From: a virus
Virus record (IMG/VR): IMGVR_UViG_3300023223_000479
Length of the DNA: 64,000 bases
Direction: 5' to 3' (one strand)
Of the stretch, positions 10,471-19,629 are shown piece after piece. Position numbers and translations under genes: made by a program. Numbering within the stretch: position 1 is the stretch's first letter; every line of letters begins with the position of its first letter. The notes under the pieces are model-generated. The model was not told the DNA's origin, made no database searches, and saw only the letters and a list, made by a program, of their open reading frames with translations.

Positions 10471-11420
10471 AATCCCATAGTATTTACCATTACTCTTACT
10501 ACCTCCTGCATCAAAGGAACTACTACAGAATTACCGAACTGTTTATAAGCCTGAGTATCAGATACAACTATTTCAAACCAATCAGGAAACCCCATTAACT
10601 TTCTACACTCATTAGGAGTTAATCTCCTGGGATTTTTACCCTCCTGAGGTATTAATATCTCAGATCCATCCTTATAATATCTAGCGCTTAATGTTCTTGT
10701 AGTTCCCTCCAAATCAACCAACCCAAACCCAAACCCGTTACCTTTAAGCTTATGCTTATTTGCATGATTCTGTAAACAAGTCCACAACCCATCTGATAAG
10801 GTATATTTATCAGGTATTTTAATATCTAATATATCTCTAACGCAAGGTACTATAGTAGATATCTCTACCTGATCGAAATCAAATAGTACCTTACCTCCAA
10901 AATATACTTTATCTAGCCCCACAATTAAAATCCTCTCTCTATTTTGAGGTACAAAACCCTTACCATTTAATATTCTATAGCTAACATTATATCCCAGATA
11001 ATTAAGAACATTCGTAATAACTTTGAATGTCCTCCTTTTATCATGATATTTCAAATTCTTTACATTCTCTAATAAGAATGCTTTAGGTCTCTTCTCCTTT
11101 ATTATTCTGGCTACCTCGAAAAATAGTGTGCCCTTGGTTTCATCATAAAATCCATGATCAGCGCCTATACTATTTTTCTTTGAAACTCCAGCCAATGAAA
11201 ACGGCTGGCAAGGAAAACCGCCCACCAATATATCATGATCCGGCACCTCCTTAGCATCTACTAAACCTATATCACCCTCAATTCTACATGCAAAATTATG
11301 CCAATAAGTTTCTCTGGAAAACTTATCTATCTCAGATGAGAAAATACATTTACCTCCATTCTCCTCTAAAGCTATTCTAAACCCTCCAATACCTGCAAAT
11401 AAATCTATAAATGTAAACAT
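10467..11420 (-). CDS. dcm: DNA cytosine-C5 methyltransferase, Dcm/M.EcoRII-like
   Basis: Motifs FIDLFAGIGG, GFPCQPFS, ENVKNL, PQNRERI and QFGNSV. The TRD RTLSARYYKDGSEIL is typical of the Dcm/EcoRII (CCWGG) group. Confidence 0.93.
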   Translation of the reverse strand: MFTFIDLFAGIGGFRIALEENGGKCIFSSEIDKFSRETYWHNFACRIEGDIGLVDAKEVPDHDILVGGFPCQPFSLAGVSKKNSIGADHGFYDETKGTLFFEVARIIKEKRPKAFLLENVKNLKYHDKRRTFKVITNVLNYLGYNVSYRILNGKGFVPQNRERILIVGLDKVYFGGKVLFDFDQVEISTIVPCVRDILDIKIPDKYTLSDGLWTCLQNHANKHKLKGNGFGFGLVDLEGTTRTLSARYYKDGSEILIPQEGKNPRRLTPNECRKLMGFPDWFEIVVSDTQAYKQFGNSVVVPLMQEVVRVMVNTMGL

Positions 11421-11448
11421 ATAGGTATTACATCTTTACTATATTTAT

Positions 11449-11649
11449 CTAAATATTAATAGCCTGAAGCGTGTAACCTGTTTGGAATTCCCAATACGCG
11501 ATTTTGTCCGCCTTATTATCTCTCTCATCATATTTCATTCCTTCCTCTCGCTCAGTTGTTACTGTTTTTAAGGGCTCACCACATATAATTAATTCCGTAC
11601 CGAATTGAGATGTAAGGAGGATGTATTGTTGATGCTTACTGTTTTTCAT
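11449..11649 (-). CDS. Small hypothetical protein (probable start MKNSKH)
   Basis: The tracked N-terminal extension is actually the 45-bp promoter repeat shared with 61054-61098. Confidence 0.6.
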   Translation of the reverse strand: MKNSKHQQYILLTSQFGTELIICGEPLKTVTTEREEGMKYDERDNKADKIAYWEFQTGYTLQAINI

Positions 11650-11660
11650 AATCTTTTCTC

Positions 11661-11705
11661 TTTTGTTATAACATAAAGGTAAGCTTTTTATATTTACCAC
11701 ACAAG
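11661..11705 (-). repeat. 45-bp promoter/leader element identical to 61054-61098 (opposite orientation)
   Basis: CTTGTGTGGTAAATATAAAAAGCTTACCTTTATGTTATAACAAAA; contains the TACCTTTA -7 box. Confidence 0.92.
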
Positions 11706-11755
11706 TCCTACAAAAAATAATTTGTAAAATTTTTACACTCGCTCATATCATCTGA

Positions 11756-12073
11756 TTACTTATTATCACTCTCCCACATCTGCCTAGCATCCTCCCTAAC
11801 CCTCATACAATCCGGCCCTCCTGACTCTCCCTGTAAATATTTTACAATAGTAGCTTCAGATCTGCTATACTTACTTGCTAATATTTTTAGCTTTCTACTC
11901 CTATGCATAGTCCCTAACATATAGGTTATACATTCTAGTACTACCGGCTCTTTTTTACCCTCATCCAGATCATCTGAGTGCTCAAAATTATCTAACTTAA
12001 AATTATCAGGTATCTCTTTCTTATGATTTAAAGGATATTTGTCCTTTCTAAACCAGTTATTCCTACTACCCAT
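11756..12073 (-). CDS. Hypothetical protein (possible HTH)
   Basis: 105 aa, alone between palindromes 11723 and 12083. Confidence 0.6.
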   Translation of the reverse strand: MGSRNNWFRKDKYPLNHKKEIPDNFKLDNFEHSDDLDEGKKEPVVLECITYMLGTMHRSRKLKILASKYSRSEATIVKYLQGESGGPDCMRVREDARQMWESDNK

Positions 12074-12185
12074 AATGGTAACTGTAAATTTTTTACACTC
12101 TGTTTAGTTCTATCCTTAATATCCTAATAATACCCATCAGGCGCAAGCGCCCACAAATTTACCGATTATTGATGGTACAATAGAA

Positions 12186-13040
12186 TCACCTTAAAGCTTT
12201 AGATCTTGTAGTTATTAACTCAGATATAGGGAGTAATCTATTACACTCCTGGTAAGCATAACATTGTCCCTTACAGTACCATATAAGGTTATCGCCTTGA
12301 TCGGTACATCTTATATCTAGCACCTCCCCTTGAGTAAAGTTAGTTAGGGTAAAAATATTAATCATTCTTATTAGCCCGAAACCCTTCAACATCTTCCTAT
12401 AATAACTGCCGGTCATCTTACTGAGATTAAACCACTCACCCACTTTTTTAGCTGATATAGGTCTTAGGATTGCTCCGATGTTAGCAGTCCTCCTCTTACC
12501 CTCCAAATAAGTTTGAGTTCTATGGTTATACCTCAGTATAGAATATATGCAGGATGCTCTTAATGTTCTATTCGACGTTAGGTACTGAGCGGGTATCCTG
12601 GCACTCTGTACCCTCTTCCTGGTATCATTAACATACAATTCGACTACACCCCTCCACCCTCTCACAAAGTCGTCTGTGATCCAGCCTAATCTCTTTAATT
12701 TTTTAATGTGTATATTTGCCGTTTGTCTGGTATAGCCCATCACCATCGATAGCTGCTTCAGGGATACTATATACCTGCCATCACCCGAAACAGTCTTGAA
12801 GTATTTCAGGTATAAATAAGTCCTCAATAGAGGCAGATGATTATTCTTTATTACCTCAACTATAACAGGTAATGGAATATTTATATTATGATCTAGTTGA
12901 AAATTTTTGCTATAACTTACCCGCTCTTTAAAAGAGGTTTCTATTATCTCAGTACCTAAGATTCTGGAGTTATTTATCATACCTTCGACAGTACAACAAA
13001 CGTACTCAAAGCAGCTACAACAAACAAGCAGCGTTAACAC
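12186..13040 (-). CDS. Replication-initiator-like winged-HTH protein
   Basis: HTH-like LKQLSMVMGYTRQTANIHIKKLKRLGWI and a second ISAKKVGEWFNLSKMT; true start probably internal. Confidence 0.45.
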   Translation of the reverse strand: MLTLLVCCSCFEYVCCTVEGMINNSRILGTEIIETSFKERVSYSKNFQLDHNINIPLPVIVEVIKNNHLPLLRTYLYLKYFKTVSGDGRYIVSLKQLSMVMGYTRQTANIHIKKLKRLGWITDDFVRGWRGVVELYVNDTRKRVQSARIPAQYLTSNRTLRASCIYSILRYNHRTQTYLEGKRRTANIGAILRPISAKKVGEWFNLSKMTGSYYRKMLKGFGLIRMINIFTLTNFTQGEVLDIRCTDQGDNLIWYCKGQCYAYQECNRLLPISELITTRSKALR

Positions 13041-13128
13041 TATAGTACCCCTAAATAGTACCTCAGGTCAACGCTGCTTAAAGATCTCCTCACCTATGGG
13101 ATAGAGATACTCTACTACCTTAAACTCC

Positions 13129-13788
13129 TTATACCTTCTTTAAATTAGGTTTACCCTTTTCAGTTACTTTCTCAACAGGTGTAATCCCCTGCTTAATAAA
13201 CCTACCCGCACCTGAATGTAATATCTTTTTGTAATCAGGTATCTTTTCCTCACCTGTAAATATGTTATACAAAAAGATATTGTTACGAGCATTGGGATTA
13301 TCCAATATCATCTTTTTCAAAATCCTATCGGCTGATGCCCTATTATAGGGTAATGTATGAGAATATTCAATATCTTTTTTGGGGTGGAACCCTACCTGTA
13401 ATCCAGGAGGAGCCGACATAAAAAGTATTTGAGTGGGGTTATTAGTCTCATCGCTGCATATAACCCACTGACCCTGTATATTAGCGGCTGTCTTAGGTTT
13501 AGTTATCCCGAATAAAGACATAGTGAGGGATTGCCCCTGATGCATCCTACCAACTGATAGAGATAACTGTTGATTGAGTTTACCTAATCGAGTCTTTTCA
13601 ATCTGATAGTTTGAGTAAATTTTATTATAATCCTCTCCATACCCTCCCTCAGACTTAGGTTTATCCATCTTTTTTAGTGCTTCCTGCCCATCCTCATATT
13701 TTTTCAACACCTCTTTAGCATTCTGCTCCATATCTCCAAGAGTCTTAACTCTTGAAATATGGTTAATATTATTCGGCAAATAATTCAT
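13129..13788 (-). CDS. Hypothetical protein (219 aa)
   Basis: Long ORF with normal composition. Confidence 0.7.
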   Translation of the reverse strand: MNYLPNNINHISRVKTLGDMEQNAKEVLKKYEDGQEALKKMDKPKSEGGYGEDYNKIYSNYQIEKTRLGKLNQQLSLSVGRMHQGQSLTMSLFGITKPKTAANIQGQWVICSDETNNPTQILFMSAPPGLQVGFHPKKDIEYSHTLPYNRASADRILKKMILDNPNARNNIFLYNIFTGEEKIPDYKKILHSGAGRFIKQGITPVEKVTEKGKPNLKKV

Positions 13789-13797
13789 TATCTATTG

Positions 13798-14346
13798 TTA
13801 AAATTCGTTAATCTGCAAATTAGTTTTTTCTTTGATTATCTGCAACAGTACTAACTCATCCTTAAGCTCTACTATTAATTTAACATTGTCCGGCAATCCT
13901 GGATCATCATCAGGGTTATACTCAGGATCATTTCTGTAATTGTGCTCCCTGGATACATTGAATTTCTTTGTACTGCATATGATATTGGATAGCTCGTAAT
14001 CCCCTCCCTCATCGTACCTATCCATCTCATAATCACAAGTACGATTCTTTATCTTTTTAGATGAGGAATCTAATAAATTCTTTTTCTTTAACTCCCATTT
14101 ATCAGGGTGAACAACCAACCAAAAATATGCAAACTCAGTAAAGGTTAATTTAAATCCTTTACCATCCCTCTTAGCATTATTTCTGTGAAAGTTATAGCAA
14201 TACTTTAGAGGAGCAATATGTTTACGATTTGTAGTGTAACATGTATTGCAAAAACCCCCCCTACCCTTACTAGGTTTCTTTCGACAATATAAAGATATAC
14301 AGATACCCTCTTTAGGGTTAGTCTTTAAAGGGATTTTGTATATCAT
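13798..14346 (-). CDS. HNH-like (beta-beta-alpha-Me) endonuclease
   Basis: CNTC zinc pair, FKLTFTEF and MDRYDEGGDYELSNI resemble phage homing-endonuclease-like proteins. Confidence 0.55.
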   Translation of the reverse strand: MIYKIPLKTNPKEGICISLYCRKKPSKGRGGFCNTCYTTNRKHIAPLKYCYNFHRNNAKRDGKGFKLTFTEFAYFWLVVHPDKWELKKKNLLDSSSKKIKNRTCDYEMDRYDEGGDYELSNIICSTKKFNVSREHNYRNDPEYNPDDDPGLPDNVKLIVELKDELVLLQIIKEKTNLQINEF

Positions 14347-14668
14347 AATTCCTTTTATATACTGTGTTTGAATCCCCTACTCCCCCATGCCTAATTATCA
14401 ATCTCTTCCTCATCATCCACTTCAATAGTCCCTTAGACCCCTTCAAATAAACGCCTATACTAGCTACCGTCTTATCGGGTACATTTAACTCCCTAACCAA
14501 TACCTTTAACATATCTTTAGAGTCCATATAACCCTGTAACTTATATGTAGCGCTATCAAAAGCCTCAAGTATCTTAGTGGTCCTTATAGCCCGTTTAGAT
14601 GAGTGATTTTTATTAACGGTTACTCTATTTAACCCGTTAACGTCTGTATTGTCTATAATTTCTTCCAT
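14318..14668 (-). CDS. Hypothetical protein
   Basis: 116-aa co-directional ORF. Confidence 0.6.
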   Translation of the reverse strand: MEEIIDNTDVNGLNRVTVNKNHSSKRAIRTTKILEAFDSATYKLQGYMDSKDMLKVLVRELNVPDKTVASIGVYLKGSKGLLKWMMRKRLIIRHGGVGDSNTVYKRNYDIQNPFKD

Positions 14669-14671
14669 ACC

Positions 14672-15043
14672 CTACACAATATAAAGAATTTTATTTAAAG
14701 TATTCCAGTTAAACTTACGCCATTCACCTATAGTGTGATCGTAAAAGTTTTGTGATCCCTCTATCCCGGTCATAGGTACTTGATAATTAGGATTATTTGA
14801 TAGTGCATCACACTCCTCAAGTATTACCTTTTTAGTAGACCCTATAGCAAACCGCTCTAAGCCAGTACTCTTCTTTATGAATGTAAAGGCTATCCTACCT
14901 CTACCTCTGAGTAATCTTTTCAGCAGTTGCCTCTTATAGGTATCCCATGCTGTAGCCATTGCCTCAGCCCATTCCATACCTTTTTTAGATAAGTGCCAAG
15001 CGTAAGCTGTTATCGCTGATCTATTATATGTAATTGCTTTCAT
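14672..15043 (-). CDS. SH3/WYL_2 (DUF2693)-like protein
   Basis: AW...AW N-terminus, then FTFIKKSTGLERFAIGS and FYDHTIGEWRKF; own TACCTTTG promoter at 15063-15070. Confidence 0.7.
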   Translation of the reverse strand: MKAITYNRSAITAYAWHLSKKGMEWAEAMATAWDTYKRQLLKRLLRGRGRIAFTFIKKSTGLERFAIGSTKKVILEECDALSNNPNYQVPMTGIEGSQNFYDHTIGEWRKFNWNTLNKILYIV

Positions 15044-15191
15044 AATTATAAACGTTGATACTCAAAGGTAAGCTTTATATACTTATGAAGCAAATAAATG
15101 TAAGTTACTTGAAGAGATGTAAAATTTTTACAAGTTGGGCTAGGATAGTAATAGTAGAAAGCTTACCTTTATTTTATAATAAAAAGAAACT

Positions 15192-15467
15192 ATGAACACT
15201 CAAAGCAATACACCTCCAAATAATATCTCTGAAAAAGGATGGACTATGTTATGCGATATAGCCACTGATGCATCTAACAAAAGGGTAGAATTAATACAAA
15301 AATATAAGGCCCAAGGGCAAGGCAATATAGTGGTTAACCTTAAGCATGGTGCTAAATATATTTATGGGGAAACAGTACCCCAACCTTATATACAATTACC
15401 TGGAAAAATAGGTATGCAACAGCAAATAGATGATTGGGATTTATGGAAGTTAACAGATACATTATGA
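15192..15467 (+). CDS. Hypothetical protein in an inverted block
   Basis: Preceded by the AAAGCTTACCTTTA promoter motif; block bracketed by palindromes 15118 and 15793. Confidence 0.7.
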   Translation: MNTQSNTPPNNISEKGWTMLCDIATDASNKRVELIQKYKAQGQGNIVVNLKHGAKYIYGETVPQPYIQLPGKIGMQQQIDDWDLWKLTDTL

Positions 15468-15754
15468 ATCTGATAAAGCAACCAATCATATCCTATAATC
15501 AGTTCCACAGTTCTCACAAATCATTTATTGATTTGGTAACAGGTAAGGTGTATACCTTTGTGAGGACGAATAAAAACAAGTGGTGCCTACAGTATGTGGG
15601 AATCAGGAAAAGCAAAAAACAATGTTTTATGTTGGCTCTAATCTCTGTAAAGTATGAAGTACCAAAGCCGGAATACTATCACTTTTATTGTCCCGGTATA
15701 CGTGCTGGAATCGTAGGTAAAACCAAGAACGGGTTATTTGAGTACGAATATTAA
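15464..15754 (+). CDS. Hypothetical protein in an inverted block (start MNLIKQ)
   Basis: ATGA overlap with the stop of the preceding gene. Confidence 0.65.
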   Translation: MNLIKQPIISYNQFHSSHKSFIDLVTGKVYTFVRTNKNKWCLQYVGIRKSKKQCFMLALISVKYEVPKPEYYHFYCPGIRAGIVGKTKNGLFEYEY

Positions 15755-15802
15755 TATCTATTACTGCTAAGATAAGGCACTTATATACAGCCTATAAAAA
15801 TT

Positions 15803-17413
15803 TTACACACTAACACCCCCACCTCCTCCCTCCAAATCATCTCGGTACTTCCTCATCCAATTCCACATAACAGCGGCATCAAACAGGTTAGGCGATTTCC
15901 CGCCTAACTGCTCCTTTACCTGAGCCTTAGGTATTATCTTTATCTTCTGAGTACCAGGGGCTTTCTTATGAGCTATACACTCCTTTTTAAATTGCCTCTT
16001 TATTTCTGGACTCTCATAAACAATACCAAACTCTGCCTTATTCAACTCATCAAAGAAAGTCCATATCATTTGAGATCTCAAAGATACAAAATCTATATAA
16101 TTCTTACCGTTCTCATCCAAGGGTAAAGCCTCTTTATTTGCCCCACCAATCAAGCTCACACACTCGTAATCTTCATTCTGTAGCGTTTCTAGGGTACTCC
16201 ATCCAGGACCATTACTATCTACCCCTATCTGCTCATCATAGATATCATAATCTCCTAATGTAGGTATGTTGTAATTCAAGTACCCCAAATCCTCACACTC
16301 ATCAGAATCATATATTAAATTGTAGGCTAAATGAGATGCATTGGGACATACAAACTCCCTCATTAATTCTAATCTATTCTTTCTGCCAAACGCTACTGCT
16401 CCCTTATCACCGTTCGTAGATCGTGCAACGTCAACACCCACAGCGTTATAGCTCTCATCATCCCAGGGAAATTCATCATCATCTAGCGCCCCTAACTCAT
16501 AAGCCCTATCTAATGATCCAGCTTTTAATAACGAATCTATACCCTCTTTAGGAGATATCCCTCTAACCCTTGATTTAAATATAGCCGTATCTATGTTCTC
16601 ATTATTCAATCCTGCTTTCTTTTTTATACTTAATTGAGATACAGCACCTACATACACATCCTCTCCTAGCACTACATTAGGATAATCAAACCCTGATATC
16701 TGAATATGAACTACATCAAACCTCTCACAAAACTCATGTAGGGCATCTGTTTGGCTGTCAGGATTACCCATAACAATAATCATATTGTTAGCTGATACAG
16801 AGGTTTCAGTAATCGATTTTAATACGCTATGAGGTACGCCTGCACCCTCATCTATCACATATAGCATATGCTCACCGTGACCGCCTTGCAAAGTTATATT
16901 GGTAGTCTCTCCTGCCTTAACCCTGGCACCAAATCCGAATGCCTGCCACTTACTACTTTCTAAATCTTCATCGTCACAACTAATCCTCATACTATCATAT
17001 ATCCTAGCCTGAGGCTGTAATCTTTGAAACTTAGGAAAAGCCATCTGTACCTCTAACCACAAAGTCTTTTTTAAATGTCCGGCTGTGGGAGATATCATCC
17101 TAACCGTTGACTTTTCAAATACATCTAAAAACCAGTAGATTATCCTGGCAACAGAAAAAGATTTGCCTACCCCTGTAGCAGCCTCAACCCCTACCCATAC
17201 ACCCATAGCAAGAGTTTCCCACATCTTACATAGAGGATCTACTGTACCATCCCAATCATGGTTACTATACTCAGGGTATAGGCTCCACCTGTAGTCCTTC
17301 TCATCCTCTCCCCATCTCTCTACTAACCACAACATAGGATCTAATGCATATAGATCCCTCTTATTGGGGTAAACATCATAAAAATTCTTGGAATTTACCT
17401 CTACAGTACCCAT
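15803..17413 (-). CDS. terL: Terminase large subunit
   Basis: Walker A AATGVGKS, Walker B YVIDEG, coupling motif MGNP, nuclease GVDVA, GVDSNGPG and PNLFDA. Palindromes at both ends. Confidence 0.92.
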   Translation of the reverse strand: MGTVEVNSKNFYDVYPNKRDLYALDPMLWLVERWGEDEKDYRWSLYPEYSNHDWDGTVDPLCKMWETLAMGVWVGVEAATGVGKSFSVARIIYWFLDVFEKSTVRMISPTAGHLKKTLWLEVQMAFPKFQRLQPQARIYDSMRISCDDEDLESSKWQAFGFGARVKAGETTNITLQGGHGEHMLYVIDEGAGVPHSVLKSITETSVSANNMIIVMGNPDSQTDALHEFCERFDVVHIQISGFDYPNVVLGEDVYVGAVSQLSIKKKAGLNNENIDTAIFKSRVRGISPKEGIDSLLKAGSLDRAYELGALDDDEFPWDDESYNAVGVDVARSTNGDKGAVAFGRKNRLELMREFVCPNASHLAYNLIYDSDECEDLGYLNYNIPTLGDYDIYDEQIGVDSNGPGWSTLETLQNEDYECVSLIGGANKEALPLDENGKNYIDFVSLRSQMIWTFFDELNKAEFGIVYESPEIKRQFKKECIAHKKAPGTQKIKIIPKAQVKEQLGGKSPNLFDAAVMWNWMRKYRDDLEGGGGGVSV

Positions 17414-17434
17414 TGTGTAAAAATTTTACACTCT

Positions 17435-17638
17435 CTATTTGTGGCTTAGAACGCTATCAATAGCTTTTATCTTCTCTAACATAGTATCAAACTCATACAA
17501 TACTCCATCCATTGTAAGCTCTATAGTATCCATCTGAGGTATTGAATCTGTACTATTTGTATCCTTATTGTCAGTATAGCACCCGATCAACAGCAAGCTA
17601 CTTAATAAGGGTATCATAAACTTTCTGTACAATATCAT
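17435..17638 (-). CDS. Lipoprotein, probable o-spanin
   Basis: Lipobox LLLIG-C; 5' end overlaps the 3' end of the membrane coiled-coil gene. Confidence 0.5.
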   Translation of the reverse strand: MILYRKFMIPLLSSLLLIGCYTDNKDTNSTDSIPQMDTIELTMDGVLYEFDTMLEKIKAIDSVLSHK

Positions 17639-17879
17639 TTTGTTTCTTTTGTATCTCCTGCAATTCCTCTATCTTCTCATTGATAGAGGTTAACTGGTAC
17701 TGTAGTAGGTCGGGATTAATCTGCTCAATTTTAACAACTCGTTTTTTAAGGCTGTCTATCTCAAAATTGGTAGTTACTTTCATAGTGTAATAACTACCAA
17801 TAAATCCAATTACTACTACAACTATAGTTATAATATTCCCAAGAGAAAGCTTAAAGCCTGTTTCCTTAATCGAAGTCAT
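17598..17879 (-). CDS. Membrane-anchored coiled-coil protein, probable i-spanin (or holin)
   Basis: Single N-terminal TM segment (IITIVVVVIGFIG) followed by a coiled coil. Confidence 0.5.
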   Translation of the reverse strand: MTSIKETGFKLSLGNIITIVVVVIGFIGSYYTMKVTTNFEIDSLKKRVVKIEQINPDLLQYQLTSINEKIEELQEIQKKQNDIVQKVYDTLIK

Positions 17880-17902
17880 AATAATAATACGGTAACTGAT
17901 TT

Positions 17903-18544
17903 CTATAAATTAGCTCCAGCTTTAATAAAGCCGGAAACGTGTATTTCTCCATCTAATACCTCAAAAGACAATACATCACACTCTCCATCTATATTGCTTA
18001 ACGTTACGCTTACGCTATTAGCAAATACAGGTAACTCAATGATCCCTGTTAATCCCTGCTCCAATAACAATACACCTCTTAATCCCTGCTTCTTTTTCCA
18101 TACTACAGTAGTAGTTTCGTTGGCTTTAGGCTTTATATAGATCCTGTTATTTATCTTATCCAAAGGTACATTAATAGACCCACTAACCTCTATTAGATTT
18201 ATAACCTGAGTATGAAACCCAAACATTTTAGATGAAAACTTTCTACGCTTAACTAATGGGTATAGTGCTTCTAAAGAACTATGTAAAGTATCTACTGGCT
18301 CTGCTGCCATCCTAACCATTTTCTTTTTATCTTCCGTAGCCATTGAGGGATAATCATCCCCAAGATGATGCATTAACCCTCCTCTCATTCTAAGTGGATC
18401 TCCGTACCCATCCATAAAAGCAGCTACCCACTCATCTAATATATCTGATACATCTGAATACCCTACAGAGGGAGTCTCTGAGGGAGATAATAACTCATAG
18501 CTCTTACCATTCGGATCATCTTCTTTATATAGTATTGGATGCAT
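17903..18544 (-). CDS. Hypothetical protein, structural region
   Basis: 213-aa ORF with a beta-rich C-terminus. Confidence 0.65.
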   Translation of the reverse strand: MHPILYKEDDPNGKSYELLSPSETPSVGYSDVSDILDEWVAAFMDGYGDPLRMRGGLMHHLGDDYPSMATEDKKKMVRMAAEPVDTLHSSLEALYPLVKRRKFSSKMFGFHTQVINLIEVSGSINVPLDKINNRIYIKPKANETTTVVWKKKQGLRGVLLLEQGLTGIIELPVFANSVSVTLSNIDGECDVLSFEVLDGEIHVSGFIKAGANL

Positions 18545-18551
18545 TACTGTG

Positions 18552-19283
18552 TTATTGTGGTCCTACTGTTGTTATCCTATACCTTAAATCACTCGCATCA
18601 TACTCCATATCACATACTCCTCCAGGCTTCAAATCAAAATCACTAGCAGCCCTAAACCTATTAGGTATAGAGGAGGATATATTATTCTTTAAAGTTATCG
18701 TATCACTGCCTATATTGACTAGCCTAACCTTAATACCATTCACAGCAGGTACTAAAGCCTCAAACCCTGTTAACTCTATAGATGTTGAGGAGTCTAGGTT
18801 TATCTGCCTTACCATTATAAGACCTGTAGCCGGTCCTGGTAAAGCATCTAAAAATCCAGGAGGATTATAATTATCTGTATCGGTAATTAACTGAGCAGGA
18901 GTTAATATTATCAATGGTATCTCTCCCCTTACTACCCACTCAAAAGTATCAGAATAAAAATCTACTGATTGACCCTGAGTATCCAACACCAACTCAGACC
19001 TAAACCCTATCTTTTGAAAAGCAAATGTATTTATAGTGATATTATTTGTGCTCTCATCTGTCCTCTCTATACTATGCTCCCTCCTAGGAGATAACGCTGT
19101 AGTACCTACGTCTGGTAGGTTAAACTCTATATCTCCTCCTGATGCATCTACGGAAAAGGACGTATCATTAGGGCCTACAGTTACGGGAGAATCTGCAAAT
19201 ACAATCTTACGTACAGATGGTATTTCCGCTGTAGCTCCTGCCGATCTATTTTTTTCTATTGATCCTCCCCAATGCGAATGCAT
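18552..19283 (-). CDS. Tail-fibre-associated protein
   Basis: VDASGGDIEFNLP...IERTDESTNNITI repeat type seen in phage fibres. Confidence 0.55.
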   Translation of the reverse strand: MHSHWGGSIEKNRSAGATAEIPSVRKIVFADSPVTVGPNDTSFSVDASGGDIEFNLPDVGTTALSPRREHSIERTDESTNNITINTFAFQKIGFRSELVLDTQGQSVDFYSDTFEWVVRGEIPLIILTPAQLITDTDNYNPPGFLDALPGPATGLIMVRQINLDSSTSIELTGFEALVPAVNGIKVRLVNIGSDTITLKNNISSSIPNRFRAASDFDLKPGGVCDMEYDASDLRYRITTVGPQ

Positions 19284-19284
19284 A

Positions 19285-19629
19285 CTACTCCCAAGTTAAT
19301 TTATCTATATCATCTTGATCAAACTGAACCACATACCCCTTCTTATGAAAGCCATTCCTCTTTGTACCCCCTGTAGTATAGTTCATAACACCCATATTCT
19401 CCATACCTACTCCATCCCTAAACAGCAATAACGGATTCAAATCTATCTTACCAGGAGTACCCCCTATATCTATAATAATCCTATTCTCAAAAACATTTAG
19501 TTGAGCATTCATCATAGCAGAAGGTACGGCACGTTCATTAGCCCCTCCTCCTATACCTCTCTCAGCTACCCACTCCATTTGCATAGATGAGGTATTAAGC
19601 TCTTTGTAAAATTTTGTAGCTACTCCCAT
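19285..19629 (-). CDS. Structural-module hypothetical protein
   Basis: Gly-rich 114 aa, translationally coupled. Confidence 0.6.
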   Translation of the reverse strand: MGVATKFYKELNTSSMQMEWVAERGIGGGANERAVPSAMMNAQLNVFENRIIIDIGGTPGKIDLNPLLLFRDGVGMENMGVMNYTTGGTKRNGFHKKGYVVQFDQDDIDKLTWE

